This document shows positions 14,901-26,900 of a stretch of DNA of 64,000 bases, one piece after another (the first letter of the stretch is position 1; every line of letters starts with the position of its first letter). Where the stretch lies: positions 54,932,001 to 54,996,000 of the forward strand of contig NC_087249.1 in NCBI RefSeq assembly GCF_037042905.1, written 5' to 3'. Under the pieces are notes generated by a model. The model was not told the origin of the DNA. It ran no database searches and saw nothing but the letters and a program-made list of their open reading frames with translations. A program made the position numbers and the translations under genes. This DNA is from Lytechinus pictus (taxonomy: Eukaryota).

Positions 14901-17900
14901 GAATTACTATCATAACTTTGAAAATTTATGGATCTAGTCCATGGAACTTGGACATAAGGTTAATCAAGTATTAGTGAACATCCTGCCTGAGTTTCAGGTC
15001 ACATGACCAAGGTCAAAGGTCATTTAGGGTCAATGAACTTTGGCCAAGTTGGGGGTATTTGTTGAATTACCATCATAACTTTGAAAATGTATGGATTTAG
15101 TTCATGAAACTTGGACATTAGGTTAATCAAGTACCACTGAATATCCTGTGCGAGTTTCAGGTCACATGACCATGGTCAATGGTCATTTAAGGTCAATGAA
15201 CTTTGGCCGTGTTGGGGGTATATGTTAAATTACCATCCTAGCTCTGAAAGTTTATGGATCTAGTTCATAAAACTTGGACATGAGAGTAATCAAGTATCAC
15301 TGAACATCCTGTACGAGTTTCAGGTCACATGACCATGGTCAAAGGTCATTAAAGGTCAATGAACTTTGGCCGTGTTGGGGGTATTTGTTGAATTACCATC
15401 CTAACTGTGAAAGTTTATGGATCTAGTTCATAAAACTTGGGATATAAGAGTAATCAAGCATCACTGAACATCCCCTGTGAGTTTCAGGTCACAAAACCAA
15501 GTCAAAGGTCAGTTAAGGTCAATAAACTTAGGCCATGTTGGGGTAATTGTTGAAGTGCCATCATAACTTTGAAAGTTTATGGATAGAGTGAATGAAATGT
15601 GGACATGGGTGTAGTTGACAGTCTTAAGTCTCCGTTCAAATGTCATTTATGGTCAATGAACGTGGTATTATGTCATTATATGAATGATTATTTTATAGTA
15701 GTTTTCAAAGTTAGCACTGCTGCTATATTAAATTGCGTAATGCAGGCGAGACTGCCAGAGGCGTTCCACTTGTTTATTATTATTATTACCCCGGCTCTAG
15801 CTCGAGCTGCCTTTCAGCGCTCATGCATTCAAGGAATTACTCCTGCCGGGTACCCATTCACCTCACCTGGGTCGAGTGCAGCACAATGTGGATAAATTTC
15901 TTGCTGAAGGAAATTACGCCATGGCTGTAAAATGATTGTTCAATTTAACCCTTTAGCACCTGAACCGCCCGAGACCGCCCTTCCTATTACACACTGAACC
16001 GCCCTTAACCGCCCGTACGTTTTCTTTGCGCTATAGTATCTCTTGTCTATGATTTACCGTGGTAATATTGCGTGTGCATACCGTATAGGTTGGCTGCTAT
16101 AGAGATCTGCATAGAAAAGTGTATGCTCCTATTGAGTATAATAGAGAAAAACCGATTGACATGCATCGGTGTGTAGCAAGTTCCAGACTGTTGCGCAGTC
16201 GATCTCAGCAAAGATGGCTGCGTCCATGTCTCGGAAAACCACTTACTTCGCCGAAGAAGCTCGGGCGTTGCTATATGTTCATGAAAACGTTGGATATCAC
16301 ACAGAGTGACATCTAGATGTGAGTTCGAATTAATTTTTGACATATTTGATCCAAGATTTGGCGAAAACTTTAGTATTCTGTCAGTGATACTTTACATTTT
16401 TTTGAAGGCGTGGGACTGGGGCGGCTGAAACCCAAACTTTTGTTTTTTTTCTTCTCGCTCTGCAAATGATTGTCAAAGGTCAATATTCGTACATCTGATT
16501 GAACTTTGCCATGTACCATTCTATTCAACAGGTCCTATGCTACAAAATAAATATAACTTGTAATGAACAAAAGTAAATTTATAAAAAACTATTTCAATTT
16601 GTTTGGAACAATGCCTACTTATTACCAGTTTTATTGTTTCCTCCAGTGAGTAATTGCCATTATGCATAGGAATCTGTAGGTGCTATAGGGTTAATACATG
16701 TATCTATTGATGTTGTTCTTTCTTGATTATTTCAATTGATCCATGTACATTCTATGAAGATGAAACAAAATTTACTTTGATTACATTCCATAGTTTAAAT
16801 TCCTGTGTGTCTACAAGAAACAGACCTAAAGTTTGTGCTTTCACTTTTTACAATAGGTTGAAAGAAAAAAAAAACCTTAATCTCTTTTTTATCTTTTCAA
16901 ATGTTAATTATGACAAAAAGGTAGGAAAAGAAAATTAAGTCACAAGAAAAGCAAGTTCTGTGTTATTACATTTTGCATATTTAATTATATAAAATGCATG
17001 TGTGAATGTATGAATTAATGATATGCAAAATAAGTTTTATGAGAAATCTCATTCACCTCTTCAATTTGTGATAAGTTACATGTAGATACAGTCCAATGAA
17101 TGAATAATTGAATTGACATTTGATTTGTTTCTTTTCCCCAGCATTCACTACATTTTCTACATTTTGCAAGACGGCCCCAAACCCCCTTACTAGAGCAATA
17201 CCCACGGCTGAAAGCCAGACTGGTCTTGCATCAAGCACCACTCCTACATCTAGTAGGTCAGTCATCCTAAGTGCACCACCACATAATAAGACTTTGGTAA
17301 GGATCAGAGAGTTCCCACACAGCTGGCCCTCACCAAAGCGATTAAGACTAGACGAAGAGAGAGATGAATGTAACATGAAAAATGACACGAAGAGCAATCC
17401 TTTGCCTGTTGAGGAATGTGATGTAAAAATTCCAAAGTTAGCTCCTGTAGGAAGTGATGAAATGCCACCTCGTGCACAAGATCGGGTGTCTCTGGTCATT
17501 AACAATGCTGGGAATGGTCAAGAATGTGTAGATCTCCATGACAAATTTAATTCAACAGATCATGTATTGTTTACAGAAGTTCATGGTATGACTCAAAATG
17601 TTGGATTCTCGAGTGCTAGTGGGAGAGCCATATTTGTTTCCCCTGAATCCTTGAAGAAAGCTGAAAAACTCATTGGAGATGTAGACAAGGAAAAGCCACC
17701 GGAAGAATATCAACTGAATTTGTCATCAGCAGATTCTCAATGTGGGTTTCAGAGTGCCAGTGGGAAATCTATTCAAGTATCAGATGAGGCACTGAAAAAA
17801 GCTAAGAAAATCATTGATGAAGTGGGTTTGAATGATGAAACAATACACGATTCACCTGGTAAATCGTCACTGTCGGTAGGGTTTACTTCTGCACGTGGTA

Positions 17901-20900
17901 ATGCGATCAATATATCGGCAACTGCCATGGCGAAGGCAAGAAAGATAATGAATGACATTAACCATGATGAGGAATTGAAGACCATTGGGCAGGAAGGAAG
18001 AGTAGTAGAAATTTCTGGTCTTCACCATGTGGATGGAGGGGGAGATAGGAATATGATTCAGACTAAAGAAGGAGTGCAGAGTGGGGGCTTATCTGGAAAT
18101 GCTCAACTGAAAAGTACAGTGGAAAACAGGCAGCGTCACAAAGGATTCCGTCCCTTCAAACCACCATCTCTTGTTGCAAACATACAGCAACCATCTCATT
18201 TGACTTCAAGCATTCCATCCTTGAATCAGACTAGTGCAAATGAATTAATCAAAGAATCGGATAGAGGAAACGGTCTCAAGACGTGTGAAGACAGTATTCC
18301 TGTTGGATTGCAGGAGGGAAATGCAACAATGCCAGAGCTTGAGATCATCACCCTGCAACAAGAACAGAAGATAGAAACTACTAAAAGCAGTAACATGCCA
18401 AGAGAAAAACAGAAACTGGACAGTGGGAATTTACAACCTATTGAGAATAGTGACATTTCTGATGATGACTGTCTGTCTGCCACACAGGCTGCAAGAGAGA
18501 TCAAAGCTGCAGAGGAGATGGAACTTGTTTATAATTTCATGCAAGAAGAAGACACAGCATTCTCTCAGCTTGATGTGTCGTCAATCATAGCAGTTGGTCC
18601 TTCAGAGAAAGGAGCTGCACAGATTCTCAAATGTCCAGAATATCATACAGATCAAAATAGGGAGAGTCAAGTATCAAATTCTCGAGATCATCAGATGTTC
18701 AATCACACCATAGAGCCTACTCCATCGCAAGGCTTTCTTACTGAACAAAGTGGCAATTTCAGTCTCTTGGAAAGCAAGCTTCAAAGAGCCAAACCCATGG
18801 GGGCTGTCAAGCAAACCACTGATAGGAATGAAGTATTATCTACAACCATTAAGCACAATGATGTTCAATTTGAAACGATGGTTCAAAAAAGGATTGATGA
18901 ATCTAAACAATACATACCTTCTCCAAATCATGCAGAGAGAGTAACTTCAGACCTGAAGCAGAATGGAGATTACAGTAAAGTTGAGACCAATACTATTAAA
19001 GAATCACCTGATGTAGACCTGTCTGTGAAGATGATTGGACAGTTTATGGATGATAATTCCATCCTGACAAAGGAGACAGAGGGACTTTGTACCCTTAGTG
19101 TGAAGGACAAAGAGCAACAGGAGGTTAGTCACACTGATAGTCATGAACCATATCAAGGCACATGTAGTACTGATGTTACCGAAATCTCAAGCAATGCCCA
19201 GCAATCTAGTTATGTCCAAGATGTGGAATGTATTGAATCTTTATCTAATGATAAGGATAAAGCACATATTCCAGGTGATCACCTTCAACCGGACATACTA
19301 AATGCAACATCATACCAAGAGAATGACTCCATACCAGACCAGAAAAAGAGAGACAAACGTTGGTTGGAGATGGATGTCACATTAGAGGCTTGTGGCCCTG
19401 TTGGTTTCAAGATAGCTGGGGGACAAAAAATTGAGGTTTCAGAGGCAGCACTGAAGAAGGCTACTTTACTGCTCTCAGATCACAACTCAGATGGAGAAAG
19501 AAATAAGCAGCTCAATCCTGATATTTCCAATAAGTCTTTCAACCAGCTTATTCCAACTGTGTTAGCACATGATATGAGCATATCTCGTGCCACTCATCAC
19601 CAGGGAAATATGGAGCTATCTGAACATGTCAAAGTCCCAGAGTGCAGACCTCTGATTAATGTCTTACAGGGGGAAGAACTGCTGATTGATGATAACAATG
19701 GTGGCTCAACCATTAGAGAGAGTAGCATGTCTGAAGAAGAATCTGCTTCATCTTCTGTATCTGAAGTACGTCAGGCTGGTTTACAGACTGCAAGAGGCAA
19801 GGATAGCAAGGTATCAAAGTCAGCTCTGCAAATGGCAAAAACGGTTATTGGTGATAATCATGAAAATAATCCTGTGGACTATTCCATTGACTCCAAAGCT
19901 TCTAAAGACATTCCTGGCAGCGACCAAGATTTTGTCAACTTTGGTTTCCAGACAGCAGGAGGGAACAAAGTTTATGTTTCAAGTTCTGCACTTCAAAAGG
20001 CAAGGAAGGTTATTGATTCAGCTCTAGAAATCATACCTGAATGTTCTCCTGGAAGGTCCTCAACGATACATCAGAACACCATGGATTCCAAGACTACATC
20101 ATGTACTATGAACAAACATAACATCGTCCATTCAGAGCAGGCTCCACAGAAACATTCATCTCAAACTGGATTATCTCCCAAAGTTGCTGCTTTGGAGCCA
20201 GTTCTTTCAGAATACAATGATGTGTCTGATGTGTCTGGAAATTTGTCAAATACTGAAAGTGGTCTTCTGGTGGCTTTCCATACTGCAAGTGGAAACAAAA
20301 TCAGTATATCAGATGATGCCCTCCAAAAGGCAAGGAGACTGGTTTGCAATGAAATGACGAGCTTTCATGAAGGAGCTATTGAGAAATCTACTAAGGATTC
20401 CCATTCTAAACAAGTTGCGCTGATAGACACATTTGAAAATATCAGTGGAGACTGGGATGAAATTTCTGAAGCATTGCTAATTGGAGAGAGGCAACCAATT
20501 GCTAATGATACAGATTTGTGTAATAAAGGAAATACTGCTAACCAACACGGGGCAAGCGTTGCTAGAGATGTGAACTCCAATATACCATTCTCCAAATCTA
20601 GGCTTCAAAGGAAAAAGTATGGTGACTCGTATGGTAATTCGTTAGGCCAAAAGGGTTCAGAATTCATTACAAAGTCATCCCCAAGAAATGTAGGTTTCCA
20701 GACTGCAAGAGGAGGTGCAATATCTGTTTCAGATGAATCTTTGAAGAAGGCAAAACAGCTGTTAGGAGAGGATTCCGGACATGAAAATATCCAGGAAATA
20801 TCAGGCCTCAAAGAGACTATGTTTGAATCATCCGAATTAATGACTGGCTTTCAAACTGGTAGTGGAAAGCACATCCAAGTTTCAGAATCCGCAATCCAAG

Positions 20901-23900
20901 TAGGTAAGCAGCTATTATCAAATGATCTTGATATCTCCAATGGTGGTGCAACATCCTCTCTACACCAAAAACACCCGGATTCTGCTGAGTTGGAGGTTGG
21001 GTTTCAAACAGGAGGCAGGAGAAGGATTCAGGTTTCAGAATCATCCATATTGAAAGCAAGGCAGCTATTGTGTGATGAATCAAACCAAGATGTGATGGAA
21101 TTCAGTGGTCTGATAATGAAAGAAACGTCAGGACAATTTCAACTTGATTCTGCAAGATCCCCAGATATTCTTATAGGTGAAGAAAAGCAGAACAACACTT
21201 CAAAAGAATCATCAGTGCCCACTAACAGTAAAACTAGAGACCAACAAGTGCAGAGAGTTTCTCGCTCTCTTGAGAGCCAAAAATCTCATATTAAAAGTGT
21301 GCCAGTGGGCTTTCAAACGGGACATGGGAGAAAGGTACAGATTTCTGTGGCATCTCTTCAAAGAGCAAAGGAATTCTTAGCTGCTGGCTCTGATTCAATA
21401 CCAGATCAAAATATAGCTGTTGGCTTTCAAACGGGACATGGTAAGAAGGTCCAGGTTTCTGAAGCGTCTCTCCAAAGAGCAAAGAAATTCTTAGCAGATG
21501 AGTCCAGTGAAGTACCACATCAAAATATAGCTGTTGGCTTTCAAACGGGACATGGTAAGAAGGTCCAGGTTTCTGAAGTGTCTCACCAAAGAGCAAAGAA
21601 ATTCTTAGCTGATGAGTCCAGTGAAGTACCACATCAAAATATAGCTGTTGGTTTTCAAACGGGGCATGGTAAGAAGGTCCTGGTTTCTGAGGCATCTTTC
21701 CAAAGAGCAAAGAAATTCTTAGCGGATGAGTCCAGTGAAGTACCAGATCAAAACATAGCTGTTAGCTTTCAAACGGGACATGGAAAGAGGGCTCAGGTTT
21801 CTGAAGCATCTCTCCAAAGAGCAAAGAAATTCTTAGTGGATGAGTCCAATGAAGTCCCAGATCAAAACATAGACATTGGCTTTCAAACAGGACATGGCAA
21901 GAAGGTTCAGATCTCTGAGGTGTCTCTAAAAAAAGCAAAGAAATTCTTTGCAGATGAGGCCAGTAAAGAAACGGATCAAGACATAGCCATCGGCTTTCAA
22001 ACAGGACATGGTAAGAAGGTCAGGCTATCCAAGGCATCTCTTCAAAGAGTAAAGGAATTCTTAGCTGCTGGCTCTGATGCAGAACCAGATCGAAACATAG
22101 CTGTTGGCTTTCAAACAGGACATGGTAAGAAGGTCCAGGTTTCAGAGGCATCTCTCCAAAGAGCAAAGAAATTCTTAGCGGATGAGTCCAATGAAGTCCC
22201 AGATCAAAACATAGCTGTTGGCTTTCAAACGGGACATGGTAAGAAGGTCCAGGTTTCTGAAGCGTCTCTCCAAAGAGCAAAGAAATTCTTAGCGGATGAT
22301 TCCAATGAAGTACAAGATCAAAACATAGCCATTGGCTTTCAAACAGGACATGGAAAGAAGGTCCAGATTTCTGAGGCGTCTCTACAAAATGCAAAGAAAT
22401 TCTTCGCAGATGAGGCTAGTAAACAAACAGATCAAGACATATCCATCGGCTTTCAAACAGGACATGGTAAGACGGTCAAGCTATCTGAGGCATCTCTTCA
22501 AAGAGCAAAGGAACTCTTATCTGCTGGCTCTGATGCAGAACCAGATCAAAACATGGCTGTCGGCTTTCAAACAGGACATGGGAAGAAGGTCAAGGTTTCT
22601 GAGGCGTCTCTTCAAAGAGCAAAGACATTCTTAGCTGCTGGCTCTGATGTAGAACCAGTAAACTTGGCTGTCTGCTTTCAAACAGGACATGGGACGAAGG
22701 TTCAGGTTTCTGAGAAATCTCTTGAAAAAGCAAAGGAATTCTTAGCTGATGAGTCTATTGCATTATCAGATCAGAACACAACTGGTGGCTTACAAAAACG
22801 ATTTGAGAATAATGACCAGGTTTCTGAGGCAACCCTTCAAAGAACAAAACAGTTAATAGCTATGGAATCTGATGTAGGAACTGAAGTACATGTACATTCA
22901 AATGATTCTGCTGTTTGTGGTGACGTATGTGAAGAGTCACTCTCTGAGAAATCCTCCATGATGACAGGATTTATGACAGGGGATGGAAGAAAAGTTCAAG
23001 TCTCAGAGGCTTTGCTTCAACAAGCAAAGAATAATTTTGACTCCGAGGTATTTACAGATTTCAGCAGAGAAATTGGTAAAAGGGAATTACATGTACCTCC
23101 TGGGAGTCGGCACCAAAATCTTTCCTCCAGTGCTGATGGAAATTCACCGACCCACCAAAGGAAAGATTTAACAGAAGATCGGACATTGGAAAGAGAGCCT
23201 CTGAAAGGGGGTTGCAGTCTTACCAACTTACCACCACAGAAACATCTTCCTGGAGGGCTCACCAAGAGAGGCTTGGTAGACATGAGAAACAGACAGTGTA
23301 ACCAGCAGAGTAACAGGAGAGGTAGCCTCCCAACTGGACAAAAACCATACAAACGTAAGTAATGTCACTTGCATGATTTTTTCTTCATTTATTTATTCAG
23401 ATTAATGTTAAGGACATGTGCAGCCATCAAATTATTTACTAGCTTGTGCTTCTTCAAATGAATCATTAGTATGACTTGAAAATGAAGAATAAATATTAAC
23501 TTATTTCAATGTTATTTGTGGCTTTTCCCATTGGATATTGCTTCAAAAATAAGCATGTCTTACAGAGATAAAATAAAGATAAAATGGTTTTCAGAATACC
23601 ACTTTGCAGAGATTCTAAGGGTATTTTATCTCACTGATTTTAACAGACAAATTGTTTTATTTTATCTGAGATAAAATGGATCTCAAATACCATCCATATT
23701 TTTTTTTCTCCCTGGAGATACATGGAGCTCAAGTGTTAATTAGTATAATTAGCTTGAAACTGGTTATTATTTCCTCCATTTTCCAATCAATTCGCTTTAT
23801 GACCTGAAGCTGTGCCCTTCTCACTATGATAGTAATATTTGCTTGAAGCAATTTGAGATATTAGTATATTGTTTTTAATATTGAAAATGAGATTTTGTCT

Positions 23901-26900
23901 GAAGTCAGAAGGACATTAATTGTATATATTTACAATTTGCATGTGAGAAAAAGGTTTTCAATTTGGTGAAACCCCTGAAAATATGAACCCTGAGAAGATT
24001 TAAAAAAAAAAAACACATTAATTAAAGGTCAAGTCCACCCCAGAAAATTGTTGATTTGAATCGATAGAGAAAAATCAAACAAACATAACACTGCACATTT
24101 CATCGAAATCGGATGTAAAATAAGAAAGTTATGACATTTTAAAGTTTTGCTTATTTTTCACAAAACAGTTCAATGCGCAACTCAGCGATATGCAAATGAG
24201 AGAGTCGATTTCTTTTGTTTTTTATTGTTTGAATAATACAATATCTCAAATTTTACAGATTTGACAATAAGGACCAACTTAACTTAACCATGAACTGTTA
24301 AAATAATGGTAATTGCACATGTTCAGGGAGAAAATAAACTTTGTTACACTTGACAAGGAGGAGAAAATTAGAATATTTCATATAATAAAATACAAAAGAA
24401 ATAGTGAGTGGGTGACGTCATCAGTCTGCCAATTTGCACACCGACCAGGATGTGCATATAACTGTTTTGTGAAATTAAGCAAAACTTTAAAATGTCATAA
24501 CTTTTTTATTTTACACCCGATTTTTGATGAAATTTTCAGCGTTTTGCTTGTTGGATTTTTCTCCTTTTTTTTAAATCAAGTTTTTGTGGACTTGTCCTTT
24601 AATATGATATTTCTTCCAGTCAGAAACTTTTCACCCAGGATTCATATGACCCTCCACTATCCATTATAAAACAACAGATTAATCACTATTTGAGTGATAT
24701 TGATGAGATATTGTGGCCCGAATTCACAAAGGTGGTTTTTAAAACCATCGGTTGAACCCATGGTATATGCAGATTTCCTGTATAAATTTCGCTTATTTAC
24801 TGCATATATTAAAAAATGATGGGCGCTTTTGTCACAGTGCGCCAAGTTGACGCCTGTTGGCATGGTTATCCACGCTATTTTATTCAGTCGTCCACTGTTT
24901 TGAATTAATGAATCCACTGTTCAAACAGTTGACTCATGAATAAAATAGCATACTAAATCATAGCAACAGGCGTCAATTTGGCGCACTGTGACAAAAATGC
25001 CCATCAGCATTGGACATTTTTTTATATATGTGGTAAATAAGCATAATTTATACAGGAATTATAAACCATGGGTTCAACCAATGATTTTAAAAACCACCTC
25101 CATGAATTCGGGCCAATGAGTGTTAGAGAGTTTGGGTGAAAAATCAACTGGTGATAATTTTGGTGATTTTTATTACTCAATCTACCATCTCATGATCTGT
25201 CAAAATTTATTGGTCAGATACAATCTATGCATATAAGAATTTTCAGCCTTTAATTGTCCGTTTTTCATAAAATGGCCAAAAAACATGATTTTCCTTGATT
25301 TCAGCTCCAAGAAGAGTCAATGAAAAGGTATCGTCATCATCCAGAGGTTTGGTTCCTAGAGGTTCAAATCCAACGGGTTAGTTCTTTGAAAACATTACTA
25401 GATTATCAAATTTAATGTTTTCTCAATGAAAGTTTAACAAAGATACAAGTTAACTTGCATGAGTTGAATATTTTCCTAAGGCAACTTGTCAAAAGTCTGT
25501 ACTGTGTGTTTTCACTGGAATCCGGCTAGGGTACTATGTATCTTTTCATAGTGGTGTACCTGCATTCCCTGTTATTGTTTTCTCTGATGATATGTGAAGA
25601 TTGGTAATGAAAAAGCTGCTTGCAAGATTCCTGCGGAAAAGACACTTCTGACTTTTGACAAGGTGACTTTAAGTCAAAGCAATGTTTTAGACCAGGGGAG
25701 CGTTTCATGAAAGGACTTGTCGGACGCTTTATCCAACAAGTCCTTTTTTATCCGACAGATACCATAGTAACAGTGCCTCTCAGCCAATCAAAATCAAGAA
25801 AAGTTGTCAGATCTGACAAATTGTTGGACAAAAATGTTGATGAAATGCTCCCCAGGGGCCAGTAACACAAAGCTTAGCAATCATTGGAGAATATTTTTTT
25901 TATTGATTGCATTAACTACAATGTACAATGATTGATTGCATTTGGTACAATGTACAATTAATCTTGAAGAATTGAGCCTATGATTAATTGCTACTCTTCC
26001 AAGTCGTGCTGATTTCTGTGATCTTGATAGATTTGACTTGTGCAAAAATAACTGTATATCAAAAGATAAATGGCTAATAATTTGTTGTAGTTTTTAATTT
26101 AATTTTTTTTTTCAATTCAATTTATTAAGGTAAAAAAATGACATGAGTAGATATATACGTTGTAAAATGTTAGGATCAAACATCCTAGGAAAGCCAGTGG
26201 CTTGAAAAGTACAGTAAGGGGATCCATGACAAATAAATTAGTTTTTGTTCTTATGTATTTTGTTCTATAGATTCCCCCAAATCATCAATTTTATTGGTAT
26301 ATGCTGACTCAAACCATATTTTTTGAGGAGCAAGTATATGTGTCTCAAAATATGTTTGATGCACATGATGCACATTTTCTGGGAGGGGGTAGTTTATATA
26401 TATTGCATAGTAAATGACACACATGGAGCATTTTGAGACAATTTATTGTCGGAAAAAGAAAACATCATTTGACAGATTTTAAGCTCAAGCCATAAGTTAT
26501 ATTTTTGGTAAAAATTCCACATGATAAAATTGCCCAAGTTTTTATTTAAGAGAATAAGTACACTGCCTGTGGGCATACTCACATTCTTATTTGTTACATA
26601 AATGGGACAAGTGGGCATGTAGATTAGCAAGGAGCTTTAGAAATCACACTGGCCATTAGGTTGAAAAGGATGTCGTCATAGACTTCATTCGCAGTCGCAC
26701 TGTACATCCCTTTATCACTGTCCACTTATTTTCATGATTTTTTTGGTGTCTTTTTAGTTATTCTTAGTGATAGAACAAAGCCATTAAAAGCTCTCCAATC
26801 ATCACCACCTAGCAGTAGGTAAGATTCATTTCTTATTTTGACTTGTTCATTTAATTTTGATTTGTTCATATACGTATATCAGTTATGTAGTTATACTTAG

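Noticed and set aside
21291-22634. Repetitive antisense and alternate-frame ORFs over the BRC array
   Set aside because: Shadow frames of the 114-bp coding repeat.
11630-23362. ORFs of 569 aa and 2080 aa as separate intronless genes
   Set aside because: Both are bounded by splice sites in compatible phase and are internal BRCA2 exons; their listed starts and stops are not the real gene boundaries.
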